From an uncultured Erysipelotrichaceae bacterium (lineage in GTDB: Bacteria; Bacillota_I; Bacilli_A; Erysipelotrichales; Erysipelotrichaceae), in NCBI GenBank assembly GCA_964436975.1, contig CAYTET010000008.1, forward strand, positions 1 through 22,428: a DNA stretch of 22,428 nucleotides, written 5' to 3'. The position numbers and the translations under genes are program-made. Positions 1 to 9,309 of this stretch are shown in pieces. The notes under the pieces were generated by a model. It did no database searches and was not told the origin of the DNA. It saw nothing but the letters and a program-made list of their open reading frames with translations. How positions within the stretch are numbered: position 1 is the first letter of the stretch; each line of letters opens with the position of its first letter.

Positions 1-414
1 GGCACGGTTGTCCAGACGGCGGCGGAAACCGACCGGATGATGGCCAATACCGATCCGCGCTATGTCTTCCTGTGCTATGACACCGGCCACTTCACATTTG
101 CCGGCGAAGACCCGCTGACCATGCTGAAAAAGTATGTTGACAGAGTCGGCCATGTTCATCTGAAGGATATGCGTCTGGACGTTGTGGCCCAGGCCCGGCA
201 GAATAACTGGAGCTTTTTAACAGCGGTCCGCAACGGTGCCTTTACCGTTCCGGGCGACGGCGGTGTTGATTTTGACCCTGTCTTCGCACTGCTGGATCAG
301 GCCGGCTACCAGGGCTGGCTGCTGGTTGAAGCCGAGCAGGATCCGGCCAAGGCCGATCCGCTGGAATATGCCATCAAAGCCCGCAAGTATATTGCGGAGC
401 ATACCGGTTTATAA
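1..414 (+). CDS. iolE: Myo-inosose-2 dehydratase / sugar phosphate isomerase-epimerase (TIM barrel), C-terminal part only; 5' end lies outside the window
   Basis: Frame 1 is open from base 1 (GTVVQTAAETDRMMANTDPRYVFLCYDTGHFTFAGEDP...GHVHLKDMR...GYQGWLLVEAEQDP), typical of the IolE C-terminus; directly upstream of iolB and iolD. Confidence 0.88.
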   Translation, partial: GTVVQTAAETDRMMANTDPRYVFLCYDTGHFTFAGEDPLTMLKKYVDRVGHVHLKDMRLDVVAQARQNNWSFLTAVRNGAFTVPGDGGVDFDPVFALLDQAGYQGWLLVEAEQDPAKADPLEYAIKARKYIAEHTGL

Positions 415-428
415 AAGGAAGCTTAAAG

Positions 429-1220
429 ATGTATTTCACCAAACAATTACATAACGGTTACAATTCCTATATCGATGCAGCTGTTGATGATATGGGAACC
501 CAGATGGATGTCGGCCTGCTGCTGCTGGATGCAGATCAGACCTATCAGATCCATGACGAGCATAAAGAGACCGCCGTTCTGCTGTTTGCCGGTGACGTAG
601 ATATCAATTATGGTGATTTAGCGGTGCGGGCCGTCAGACAGGACTGCTTCCATCAGGAAGCCTACTGCCTGCTGGCCAGCGCTGGCACTTCCATTTCGCT
701 GAAAGCGCATACACACTGTGAAATCTACCTGCAGCAGACAGTCAATGAAAACCACTACGCCCCGGTCATGTATACCCCGGACAAAGTCCAGGTCCAGCAT
801 GCCGGAGCCAACGGCGAGCTGATGGGCTGCATGAGACGGGAAATCAAGACCTTCTTCGATTTTGACAATGCGCCTTTCTCCAATATGGTGTTAGGCGAAG
901 TGCTCAACTATCCCGGCAAGTGGTCATCCTATCCGCCGCATCATCATCCCCAGCCGGAAGTCTATTTCTACCGCTTCGATCATCCGCAGGGCTTCGGGGC
1001 CGGATTTGCCAACGGGCAGATCTACCAGACCGGCCAGAATGGACTTTCCGTCATCAACAACGGCTTCCATTCCCAGGTGGCCGCTCCGGGCTATGCGATG
1101 TGCTATGCCTGGGGAATCCGCCATCTTGACGGCAATCCCTGGCAGAAGACCCGGATTGATGATCCGGAACATGAATGGCTCTGGCAGGCTGATGCCAACG
1201 AGCATATTTATAAAGGCTGA
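429..1220 (+). CDS. iolB: 5-deoxy-glucuronate isomerase (IolB family)
   Basis: 263 aa; cupin-like sequence with [18 protein letters not shown] and [14 protein letters not shown]; located between iolE and iolD. Confidence 0.92.
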   Translation: MYFTKQLHNGYNSYIDAAVDDMGTQMDVGLLLLDADQTYQIHDEHKETAVLLFAGDVDINYGDLAVRAVRQDCFHQEAYCLLASAGTSISLKAHTHCEIYLQQTVNENHYAPVMYTPDKVQVQHAGANGELMGCMRREIKTFFDFDNAPFSNMVLGEVLNYPGKWSSYPPHHHPQPEVYFYRFDHPQGFGAGFANGQIYQTGQNGLSVINNGFHSQVAAPGYAMCYAWGIRHLDGNPWQKTRIDDPEHEWLWQADANEHIYKG

Positions 1221-1240
1221 GCGCCGAAAGGAGAATAAGG

Positions 1241-3169
1241 ATGAAAACTGTCAGACTTACCATGGCCCAGGCCCTGGTCCGTTTTCTGGAAAACCAGTAC
1301 ATTGCCTATGACGGCCAGCAGCACCCCTTTGTTGAGGGTGTCATCATGCTGCCGGGTCACGGCAATGTGGTCGGCTTAGGCCAGGCTTTGAATCAGGAAG
1401 CTCACCGCATGAAGGTGTGGATGGGCAAAAACGAGCAGGGCATGGCTCATACCGCCGTGGCCTTTGCCAAGCAGTGCAAACGTAAAAAGATTATCGCTGT
1501 GACCTCTTCGGTCGGCCCGGGGGCGGCCAATATGGTAACCGCGGCGGCCACCGCCACGGCCAACAACATTCCGGTGCTGATTCTGCCGGGTGATGTCTAT
1601 GCCTGCCGGCAGCCGGATCCGGTGCTGCAGCAGATTGAGCAGACCAATGATCTGTCGCTTTCGACTAATGATGCTTTCAAGGCCGTCTGCCGCTACTGGG
1701 ACCGCATTGTCAGACCCGAGCAGCTGATGAGTGCCATGATTTCCGCCATGCGGACACTGACTGATCCGGCCAATACCGGCGCTGTCTGCATCGCCATTCC
1801 CCAGGATGTCGAAGGGGAAGCCTATGACTATCCGGTCTCTTTCTTTGAAAAGAGAGTGCATCATCTGGCCCGGCGGCTGCCGGAGCCGGAAATCATCGAG
1901 CAGGCGGCTGAAGTTATCCGCAATGCCAAAAAGCCGCTGCTGATCTGCGGCGGCGGGGTCCGCTACAGCGAGGCCCATGCCGAATTCAAGGCTTTTGCCG
2001 AAGCGGCCAATATTCCCTTTGGCGAAACCCAGGCCGGCAAGGGCGCCGTGCTGTACGATCATCCGCTGAATCTGGGCGGCATCGGAGTCACCGGCTGTTC
2101 AGCCGCCAATGACATTGCCAAACAGGCTGATGTCATCATCGGCGTCGGCACCCGGTATACGGATTTCACGACTTCTTCCAAGTGGCTGTTTAAAGACAGC
2201 GCTAAATTTGTTAATATTAATGTATCAGATTTCCAGGCTTTGAAGATGAATGCGGCGGTGGCCGTGGTGGCGGATGCCAAGCGCGCCCTGCCGGAGCTGC
2301 AGAAGGCTCTGCAGGGCTACAAGGCCCCTTATACCACTGAAATCAAAAAAGCCCGGGATAAATGGTTTGCCGAATTAAAGCGGCTTGATAATATCAGTTT
2401 TGGTCCCAAATACGTGCCGGAAGTCAATGATGCCAATGCGGCTTCGGCGTTCCGGTTTGCCAAGGATATGGATGCTACGCTGACCCAGACCACTGTCGTC
2501 GGTCTGATCAACCAGGCCATTGATGCCGAAGATGTCATTATCGGCTCATCCGGCTCGCTGCCGGGCGATTTGCAGAGAATGTGGTGTGCCCGCAGTCTGG
2601 ATTCCTACAATATGGAGTACGGCTATTCCTGCATGGGTTATGAAATCAGCGGCGCCTTGGGCGTCAAATATGCCATCGGCAAGGACCATGATGTCTATGC
2701 CATGGTCGGTGACGGCAGCTTCACCATGCTGCATTCCGAGCTGCTGACAGCGGTGCAGGAGCATGAGAAGATCAATGTCTGTGTCTTCAACAACGCCAGC
2801 TTCGGCTGCATCAATAACCTGCAGGTCGGCCATGGCAATGATTCCTTATGCACGGAAGTCCGCTTCCGCGGTAAGGACGGCAAGCATTCCGGCAAGTTCA
2901 TTCCGGTTGACTTTGCCAAAATAGGCGAGGGCTACGGCTGCAAGTCTTACACCATCCATACCCTGGATGAGATGAAGCAGGCGCTGGCCGATGCCAAAAA
3001 GATTAAAGACCAGCCGGTTGTCTTTGACATCCGGGTTCTGCCCAAGAGCATGACTGAAGGCTACGGGTCCTGGTGGCGGGTCGGCGATACGGAAGTATCC
3101 AAGAACCCGAAGAATGTGGAAGCTTATCAGGATCATCTGAAGCACGTTAAAGACGCGCGCAAATTCTAA
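1241..3169 (+). CDS. iolD: 3D-(3,5/4)-trihydroxycyclohexane-1,2-dione acylhydrolase (ThDP-dependent)
   Basis: 642 aa; [17 protein letters not shown]-terminus, ThDP-binding motif [29 protein letters not shown]; RBS gaaaggagaat upstream. Confidence 0.96.
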   Translation: MKTVRLTMAQALVRFLENQYIAYDGQQHPFVEGVIMLPGHGNVVGLGQALNQEAHRMKVWMGKNEQGMAHTAVAFAKQCKRKKIIAVTSSVGPGAANMVTAAATATANNIPVLILPGDVYACRQPDPVLQQIEQTNDLSLSTNDAFKAVCRYWDRIVRPEQLMSAMISAMRTLTDPANTGAVCIAIPQDVEGEAYDYPVSFFEKRVHHLARRLPEPEIIEQAAEVIRNAKKPLLICGGGVRYSEAHAEFKAFAEAANIPFGETQAGKGAVLYDHPLNLGGIGVTGCSAANDIAKQADVIIGVGTRYTDFTTSSKWLFKDSAKFVNINVSDFQALKMNAAVAVVADAKRALPELQKALQGYKAPYTTEIKKARDKWFAELKRLDNISFGPKYVPEVNDANAASAFRFAKDMDATLTQTTVVGLINQAIDAEDVIIGSSGSLPGDLQRMWCARSLDSYNMEYGYSCMGYEISGALGVKYAIGKDHDVYAMVGDGSFTMLHSELLTAVQEHEKINVCVFNNASFGCINNLQVGHGNDSLCTEVRFRGKDGKHSGKFIPVDFAKIGEGYGCKSYTIHTLDEMKQALADAKKIKDQPVVFDIRVLPKSMTEGYGSWWRVGDTEVSKNPKNVEAYQDHLKHVKDARKF

Positions 3170-3189
3170 AAAAAGGGAGATACACAAAT

Positions 3190-4221
3190 ATGGAACATGT
3201 ATTACAGGTCGGTATCGTCGGCTGCGGCGCTATCGGCAAGGATCACTGCCGCCGCATCATTGAAAAAGTGCCCGGAGCCACCGTTGTCGCTGTCAGCGAT
3301 TACAATGCGGCTGCGGCCGATGAAACGGCTGCCAAGTACGGCATTAAATCCTTTGGCAATGACTGCAAGGGCATGATCGCCGATCCGTCAGTTGAAGCGG
3401 TTGTCATCACTTCAATTGATCCGACCCATCATGAGTATGTCATGGAAGTGCTGAAGCATAAGAAGTGGTGCTTCTGTGAAAAACCGCTGTCCCAGAATGC
3501 CAAGGACTGTGAGGAGATCATTGCGGAAGAGCAGAAGATCGGCCACCGCCTTGTCCAGGTCGGCTTTATGAGAAGATATGACCGCGGCTATGCTGAAATG
3601 AAGCGGATTATTGATTCCGGTGCCATCGGCAAGCCGTTAGTCATCAAGGCCTGCCACCGCAATGTTGCCCAGGGTCCCGGATTCAAGACCGAAAACGGCA
3701 TCACCAACGTCGCTATCCATGAACTGGATATCTGCCGCTGGCTGCTGAATGATGAGTATCAGGATGCCCAGGTGGTCAGAGTCCGCCAGTCATCCAATTC
3801 AACCAAGGGCTATGACAACCCGCAGGTTGTCCTGCTGAGAACCAAGAACAACTGCTTCATCGATGTTGAAGTCCAGGTTGCCGACGGCTACGGCTATGAT
3901 ATCCAGTGCGAAGTCGTCTGCGAAAACGGCACTGTCAAGCTGCCTGATCCGATGGCGGTTGTCAGAAGAGCCAGACCCGACCTCACCAAGGAACCGTTTA
4001 TTGAACAGCCGATCATGACCGACTGGAAAGAGCGCTTCATTGAAGCTTATGACATTGAGCTGTGTGACTGGGTTGATGCCATTGCCAAGGGCAAGCTGAC
4101 CGGACCTTCCGTCTGGGACGGCTATGTGGCCTGCGTGGCCGGTGATGCCTGCAATGCATCCCGCGGCACTTCGACTTTCTTACCGGTGAATACTATCGAA
4201 AAACCGGAAATGTATAAGTAG
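3190..4221 (+). CDS. iolG: Gfo/Idh/MocA family oxidoreductase, probable inositol 2-dehydrogenase
   Basis: 343 aa; Rossmann motif VGIVGCGAIGKDHCRRI, EKPLSQNAKDC, HELDICRWL; in the iol cluster. Confidence 0.88.
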   Translation: MEHVLQVGIVGCGAIGKDHCRRIIEKVPGATVVAVSDYNAAAADETAAKYGIKSFGNDCKGMIADPSVEAVVITSIDPTHHEYVMEVLKHKKWCFCEKPLSQNAKDCEEIIAEEQKIGHRLVQVGFMRRYDRGYAEMKRIIDSGAIGKPLVIKACHRNVAQGPGFKTENGITNVAIHELDICRWLLNDEYQDAQVVRVRQSSNSTKGYDNPQVVLLRTKNNCFIDVEVQVADGYGYDIQCEVVCENGTVKLPDPMAVVRRARPDLTKEPFIEQPIMTDWKERFIEAYDIELCDWVDAIAKGKLTGPSVWDGYVACVAGDACNASRGTSTFLPVNTIEKPEMYK

Positions 4222-4228
4222 GAATTAA

Positions 4229-4271
4229 CCGGGAGGCTGCCCTGATCAAGGTGTCAGCAGCAGCCTCCTGG
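4229..4271 (+). terminator. Probable Rho-independent terminator or attenuator after the iol genes
   Basis: CCGGGAGGCTGC / GCAGCCTCCTGG pair as a 12-bp stem with one G-U, 19-nt loop, followed by a short CTTTTG tail. Confidence 0.6.
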
Positions 4272-4287
4272 CTTTTGAAAATCTCTG

Positions 4288-4297
4288 CAAACGTTTG
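4288..4297. promoter_or_regulatory. Candidate LacI/CcpA-like operator CAAACGTTTG
   Basis: Perfect 10-bp palindrome with a central CG, between the iol hairpin and the permease start codon; the 13-mer CTGCAAACGTTTG recurs at 10190-10202. Confidence 0.5.
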
Positions 4298-4330
4298 AAT
4301 GAATTTTCATGGAAAAGGAAAGGAGCAGAA

Positions 4331-6157
4331 ATGAGCAAAAAAAAGCAGATTAAACATCCGCTAACAAAGAAGCGTCTTAAGAATTTGATCAAGAGTGTGC
4401 TTACCAATCCGTTCAATCTGATTGTCTTCATTACCCTGATTGCTTTGTTCTGTCTGATTGTCATCCCTCTGCTGCAGATGGTTTCAAATACTTTCATCGT
4501 TGCCAAATCCGAGGTGCGCCGCATCGGCCTGCCGGCTGGCAGTTTCACTCTTTATTATTGGCGTTACATGCTGTTCAGCAGCATGTCGTCATCAGTGATG
4601 TGGACACCTTTAAAGCATTCACTGGTCATCGGCATCTTTACCGTTCTGGTATCGGTGCCGCTGGGATCCATTCTGGGCTGGATTGTGGTAAGAACTGATA
4701 TGCTGGGCAAGAAGCTTATCGGCATGCTGGTCGTCATTCCTTACATGATCCCGTCATGGTGCAAGGCCATGGCCTGGCTGTCGGTCTTCCGCAACCAGAC
4801 TTCCGGATCACTGGGCTTTCTGGCCGGACTGGGGCTTAACGTACCTGACTGGCTGGCCTACGGGCCGGTGGCGATAGTTCTGTGTATGTCGCTGCACTAT
4901 TATGCTTTCTCTTATATCAACGTTTCCTCGGCCTTAAGGTCCATCAACTCTGAACTGGAGGAAATGGGCGAGATATGCGGCGCTTCCAAGCCGCAGATCC
5001 TTAAGTCGATTACCATCCCGCTGGTTCTGCCCAGCGTGCTGTCGTCCATTGTCATGACCCTGTCCAAGTCAATCGGGGCCTACGGCGTGGCGGCCAATCT
5101 GGGCAACCGCATCGGCTATTTCACCCTGGCGACCAAGATGAAGACCTTCATCAACGGCACCACCTACAATGCCGTCGGCTATGCCATGAGCATTGTGCTG
5201 ATCGTGCTGGCAGCCCTGATCATCTTCGGCAACCAGAAGATCGTCGGTGTCCGCAAGTCCTATGCCACTATCGGCGGCAAGGGCGGCCGGACCAACCCGA
5301 TGAAGTTGGGCAGTGCCAAATACTGGCTGATGGGCTTTCTGGTTATCTTTCTGTTCTTCTCGATGGTTGCCCCGATGTTCATTCTGGTCATGGAAACATT
5401 CCAGATCACTACCGGCAACGGCTATGGCGCCGACAACCTGACGCTGTATTACTGGATAGGCACGGTTGACAATGCGCCCAAATACATAAACTATCCGGGT
5501 ATATTCCGCAACCCTAATTTCTTCAAGGCCTTATGGAATACTATCCGGCTGACCTTTACCGTTTCGATTCTTACCGCCATCTGCGGCCAGTTCTTAGGCT
5601 ATATCTCAACCCGCGGACGCGGCAAGTGGTACGGCACGCTGACGGAGCAGCTGGTCTTCATTCCCTATCTGATGAGCGGCGTGGCTTTCTCCGCCATGTA
5701 TTTCTCGATGTTCTCGGTTCCGCATCTGGGCGGCCTGATTCCGTCGCTTTACGGCACCTTCGCCCTGATTGTGCTGACATCAACGGTCAAGCATTTCCCG
5801 TTTGCCAGCCGCACCGGCACAGCCAACATGATGCAGATTTCCACCGAACTGGAGGAATCCGCCACCATCAACGGAGCCAATTTCTGGCAGCGCATGGGCA
5901 AGATTGTCCTGCCGCTGGCCAAAAACGGCTTTATCTCCGGGTTTATGCTGACGTTTATCAGCGTGGCTAAGGAACTGGACCTGATCATCATCATGATGAC
6001 CCAGGAGACCCAGACCCTGTCCTATGTGGCTTTCACTTATTCACAGGATGGCTACCCCCAGATGTCAGATGCGATTTCAGTATGTGTCCTGCTGTTTATC
6101 CTGGTCTGCTATATCATCGCCAACAAACTGGGTGCTGATATCGGCAAGAGCTGGTAA
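4331..6157 (+). CDS. ABC transporter permease with two fused permease domains (Fe3+/phosphosugar/AEP-type binding-protein-dependent importer)
   Basis: 608 aa from the likely start ATGAGC at 4331 (RBS aaaggaaaggagc). Two related multi-pass halves, each with an EAA-type loop (EMGEICGASKPQILKSITIPLVLP and ELEESATINGANFWQRMGKIVLPLAK). Confidence 0.92.
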   Translation: MSKKKQIKHPLTKKRLKNLIKSVLTNPFNLIVFITLIALFCLIVIPLLQMVSNTFIVAKSEVRRIGLPAGSFTLYYWRYMLFSSMSSSVMWTPLKHSLVIGIFTVLVSVPLGSILGWIVVRTDMLGKKLIGMLVVIPYMIPSWCKAMAWLSVFRNQTSGSLGFLAGLGLNVPDWLAYGPVAIVLCMSLHYYAFSYINVSSALRSINSELEEMGEICGASKPQILKSITIPLVLPSVLSSIVMTLSKSIGAYGVAANLGNRIGYFTLATKMKTFINGTTYNAVGYAMSIVLIVLAALIIFGNQKIVGVRKSYATIGGKGGRTNPMKLGSAKYWLMGFLVIFLFFSMVAPMFILVMETFQITTGNGYGADNLTLYYWIGTVDNAPKYINYPGIFRNPNFFKALWNTIRLTFTVSILTAICGQFLGYISTRGRGKWYGTLTEQLVFIPYLMSGVAFSAMYFSMFSVPHLGGLIPSLYGTFALIVLTSTVKHFPFASRTGTANMMQISTELEESATINGANFWQRMGKIVLPLAKNGFISGFMLTFISVAKELDLIIIMMTQETQTLSYVAFTYSQDGYPQMSDAISVCVLLFILVCYIIANKLGADIGKSW

Positions 6158-6182
6158 TGGCTAGGAAGAGAAAGGAAACAAT

Positions 6183-7301
6183 ATGAGCAGAATCGAACTA
6201 AAGCACATTGATAAATTCTACGGTGAAAACCATGTTCTGCGCGATCTCAATCTGACTATCGAAGACGGCGACTTCATGACGCTGCTGGGTCCGTCAGGCT
6301 GTGGAAAGACCACGACATTAAGAGTTATTTCCGGTTTGGAAGAGCCGCAGAATGGTACAATGACTATAGACGGTGTTGAGATGATCAATGCCGCCGATGC
6401 ATACTTTGCCGAGCCCAGCAAAAGAGGGCTGAATCTGGTTTTCCAGTCTTATGCCCTGTGGCCGCACATGACGGTCAAGGAGAATATCGCCTTTGGTCTG
6501 AAGATTCAGAAACTGCCTAAGGCTGAAGTTGAAGCCCGCGTCAAGGATGCGCTGCGGATGATGCGGATCGAGGAATACATCGACCGCTATCCCAACGAAC
6601 TTTCCGGCGGCCAGCAGCAGCGTGTCGCTATTGCCCGCGCTGTGGCCTCCAATCCCAAGCTGCTGCTGCTGGATGAGCCTTTGAGCAATCTGGACGCCCG
6701 GCTGCGCATTGACATGCGCTCGGAGCTGCAGCGGCTGCATCATGAATTGAAGACGACAATTATCTATGTCACCCATGACCAGGTCGAAGCTCTGACCATG
6801 TCAACCAAGATTGCCCTGTTCAAAGAGGGTGAACTGAGTCAGGTGGCCACGCCCATGGAGCTGTACCGCAACCCGATTGACCTGCAGGCCGCCGATTTCA
6901 TCGGCAACCCGCGGATCAACTTCTTAAAAGGCGATGCGGAAATGAAGGGCGGCAAGCTGCATGTTCACTGCGAACTGCAGGATTACGTCTTTGACAAGGA
7001 AGACATGACCGATGAGCCGATTCCAGAAGGAAACTTTGCGGTAGTGGTAGCCATCCGGCCGGAGCAGGTTCACATTGAACAGCAGGCCAGTGCGGACACC
7101 ATGCCGGTTGAGGTTTATGCTTCCCAGCCGGCCGGTTCGGAAACCCTGGTTTCCTTAAGAGCCGGTTCATCGGATTTCTTATCCAAGGAGATTGGTCTGG
7201 CGGAATATAAGATCGGCCAGCAGGTCAATGTCAGAGTCAATCCCAAGCGCGTCAATATCTATGATGCCGCTTCAACCCGTTTGATCAAACGCGCTCAGTA
7301 A
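6183..7301 (+). CDS. ABC transporter ATP-binding protein (FbpC/PotA/UgpC-like, TOBE domain at the C-terminus)
   Basis: 372 aa; Walker [10 protein letters not shown], signature LSGGQQQR, Walker [15 protein letters not shown]-loop VTHDQVEAL. Confidence 0.95.
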   Translation: MSRIELKHIDKFYGENHVLRDLNLTIEDGDFMTLLGPSGCGKTTTLRVISGLEEPQNGTMTIDGVEMINAADAYFAEPSKRGLNLVFQSYALWPHMTVKENIAFGLKIQKLPKAEVEARVKDALRMMRIEEYIDRYPNELSGGQQQRVAIARAVASNPKLLLLDEPLSNLDARLRIDMRSELQRLHHELKTTIIYVTHDQVEALTMSTKIALFKEGELSQVATPMELYRNPIDLQAADFIGNPRINFLKGDAEMKGGKLHVHCELQDYVFDKEDMTDEPIPEGNFAVVVAIRPEQVHIEQQASADTMPVEVYASQPAGSETLVSLRAGSSDFLSKEIGLAEYKIGQQVNVRVNPKRVNIYDAASTRLIKRAQ

Positions 7302-7360
7302 GCCGGGCCCAGCCAGCCGGTATTACTGGAATAAACGCTTGATATAGCTTAGGGAAGTAT

Positions 7361-7380
7361 TTTCAGCGCTAAAGCTGAAA
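7361..7380 (+). promoter_or_regulatory. Small hairpin directly 5' of the RBS of the substrate-binding-protein gene
   Basis: TTTCAGC-gctaaa-GCTGAAA, immediately followed by gaaaggagaa. Confidence 0.5.
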
Positions 7381-7400
7381 GAAAGGAGAAATGTCAGTTT

Positions 7401-8639
7401 ATGAAGAAGTTTAGTGTTCTGTTAGTTGTTGCCATGATGCTGCTGACGGCTCTGTCCGGCTGCACATTTGGCACCGGCACCGGCGGCAAGACCGTTGATG
7501 CCCAGTTGGGTCCTATCTACGATGATTACAGTGATATGACCGATGAGCAGCTTTATGAATTAGCCCAGAAAGAGGGCGGCCAGATCAATATCTATGCCAC
7601 CTCTTCCAAGATGTTGAAAGAGGAAGAACCTTTTGAAACATTGTATCCGGGTCTGGATGTTGTCGTTACCGACTTAGACCAGGACGAAGTTCTGCAGAAG
7701 GCCGTTACCGAGCATAAGACCGGAAATATCACCGGTGATGTTCTGCAGGCCAAAGATGTCAACGGCGACGTTTTCTACAACTATTATGAGGAAGGCATTG
7801 TTGAGACATTCTATCCTAAAGATCTGTGCGCCTATATTGACGAAGATCTGCTGAAGTATGGTTATCCGCTGTATGCCGGCGAAGCTTTCTGGTTCTATAA
7901 CACCGAAGCTTTCCCTGACGGCTCCCCGCTGACCAACTGGTGGCAGCTGCTTGAGACCAATGCCGACGGCACCCAGAAGTTTATCATCTACACCAAGGAA
8001 ATCGGCCAGGAAACGTCTTATCTGTCCCTGTTTGCCAGTTTCATTGTCAATTCCGATCAGATGGCCGCAGCCTACAAGGAAGAATACGGCAAGGATCTGG
8101 AATACACCTATGATGCTTCGGCCTTTGATTTTGAAGCTCCGAAGAACAATGCCGGTGTCGAATTCTTATGGCGCTTCAGCCAGCTGAAGATGACATTCAT
8201 CGGCGATGGTGATGAATTGGTCTTAGCCGTCAATAACGGCAAGAGCACCGAGCATCCTACTGTTGCGTTATGCTCAGCCGGCAAGCTGGAAAACCGTGAT
8301 AAATCCGGTTATGCCATTGCCTGGTGCACCAATCTGAAGCCTTATACAGGTCTGAAGTATTGCGAATATCTGTATGTTGTCAAAGGCTGTGACAACCCGG
8401 CCGGCGCCCGTCTGTTCATCCGCTATATCACGGGTTCAGGCGATGACGGCAGCGGTTTGAAGCCGTTTACCAAGGTTGGCAACTGGCCGGTCCGCAGTGA
8501 TGTCAAGGATAAGAAGAATGAGATCACCCTTGATGAGGCCGGTGCTATTGATGCCGATCTGAAGAGCATCTATGATCAGTTCATTGATACTCAGGATATG
8601 TGGAATTACTGGCTGGATAAGAATCCCAATATGAAATAA
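7401..8639 (+). CDS. Extracellular solute-binding lipoprotein of the ABC transporter (family 1 / Fe3+-type)
   Basis: 412 aa; lipoprotein signal MKKFSVLLVVAMMLLTALSGC; follows the permease and ATPase genes; EGGQINIYATSSKMLKEEEPFETLYPG resembles FbpA/AfuA/PhnS-type proteins. Confidence 0.88.
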   Translation: MKKFSVLLVVAMMLLTALSGCTFGTGTGGKTVDAQLGPIYDDYSDMTDEQLYELAQKEGGQINIYATSSKMLKEEEPFETLYPGLDVVVTDLDQDEVLQKAVTEHKTGNITGDVLQAKDVNGDVFYNYYEEGIVETFYPKDLCAYIDEDLLKYGYPLYAGEAFWFYNTEAFPDGSPLTNWWQLLETNADGTQKFIIYTKEIGQETSYLSLFASFIVNSDQMAAAYKEEYGKDLEYTYDASAFDFEAPKNNAGVEFLWRFSQLKMTFIGDGDELVLAVNNGKSTEHPTVALCSAGKLENRDKSGYAIAWCTNLKPYTGLKYCEYLYVVKGCDNPAGARLFIRYITGSGDDGSGLKPFTKVGNWPVRSDVKDKKNEITLDEAGAIDADLKSIYDQFIDTQDMWNYWLDKNPNMK

Positions 8640-8656
8640 GCTTGGTTTATAATTTC

Positions 8657-8690
8657 CGGCTTGCGGGACAGTTTGCTGTCCCGCAAGCCG
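8657..8690 (+). other. Strong intercistronic hairpin without a T-tract (mRNA 3' stabiliser or processing stem)
   Basis: CGGCTTGCGGGACAG-tttg-CTGTCCCGCAAGCCG: perfect 15-bp stem with 4-nt loop, followed by ccatgtcagg (no U run). Confidence 0.75.
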
Positions 8691-8715
8691 CCATGTCAGG
8701 AGATAGCAGAGCTAA

Positions 8716-9306
8716 ATGGTAAAAAGAGTCGATAAAGGCAACCAGTCTTCCGCAAGAGAGAAGACGGAAACCTTCAAAGAGAAATGGACACGGCGGGGCA
8801 AAAAGTTTTTGGGCATCTTTGCGTTTACGGAAAACGGCAAGCCTAAAAGCAGCCTTTTGATTTACACCTTCTGTCTGAGCTTTGTCTTTGTGGTGCTGCT
8901 GATAGTGGCCTTCTGGTTTCTTTCGGAAGCCCAGAACGCCTATCTTACGGCGCTGCCGGTTTTCTGGACCAATCTGGCCGTATCTTTGGGCATGAGTGCT
9001 TTCTGCATGCTGACCGGCTATATAATGCACCACTTTATGAAGGACAAGCGGCTGCTGTTTGTGACTTATGTCTGGCTGGCGGTCTATGATGTTGTTACTA
9101 TCATTGCCCAGGCTATCATGCTGGCCAGTGAACCGGGCGGCTTTGGCATCTTCATGACCTTCTTTGTCTGGGTTGCCATCATTCCGGTAATATGCGGACT
9201 GTTTTTCTTCTACTGGCTGTTCAAGCGTGACTACAAGCCGCCGGTAGAACCCGGACCGACTGATCCGGTGGCAGAGACAATGAATAAATATGTCAATCAC
9301 AGGTAA
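8716..9306 (+). CDS. Small membrane protein of unknown function (about 4 predicted TM segments)
   Basis: 196 aa; basic N-terminus, then hydrophobic stretches LLIYTFCLSFVFVVLLIVAFWFL, VFWTNLAVSLGMSAFCMLTGYIM, LLFVTYVWLAVYDVVTIIAQAIML, GIFMTFFVWVAIIPVICGLFFFYWLF; upstream AGGAG. Confidence 0.7.
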   Translation: MVKRVDKGNQSSAREKTETFKEKWTRRGKKFLGIFAFTENGKPKSSLLIYTFCLSFVFVVLLIVAFWFLSEAQNAYLTALPVFWTNLAVSLGMSAFCMLTGYIMHHFMKDKRLLFVTYVWLAVYDVVTIIAQAIMLASEPGGFGIFMTFFVWVAIIPVICGLFFFYWLFKRDYKPPVEPGPTDPVAETMNKYVNHR

Positions 9307-9309
9307 GAT

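Noticed and set aside
1376-2062. 228-aa minus-strand ORF inside iolD
   Set aside because: Fully antisense to a clear iolD, with no RBS or domain signature.
4288-4297. Clear CcpA cre site
   Set aside because: TGCAAACGTTTGAA matches the cre consensus only partially, so assignment to CcpA over the local LacI-type regulator is not supported by sequence alone.
5533-5970. 145-aa plus-strand ORF inside the permease gene
   Set aside because: Out-of-frame reading of a clear permease domain, Arg/His-rich low-complexity product.
8657-8690. Rho-independent terminator after the substrate-binding gene
   Set aside because: The stem is strong but is followed by ccatgtcagg with no T-tract; recorded as an intercistronic stabilising structure instead.
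8647-9300. 217-aa minus-strand ORF opposite the small membrane protein
   Set aside because: The plus-strand ORF has a good RBS, operon spacing and membrane-like hydrophobicity; the minus-strand product looks like a shadow translation.
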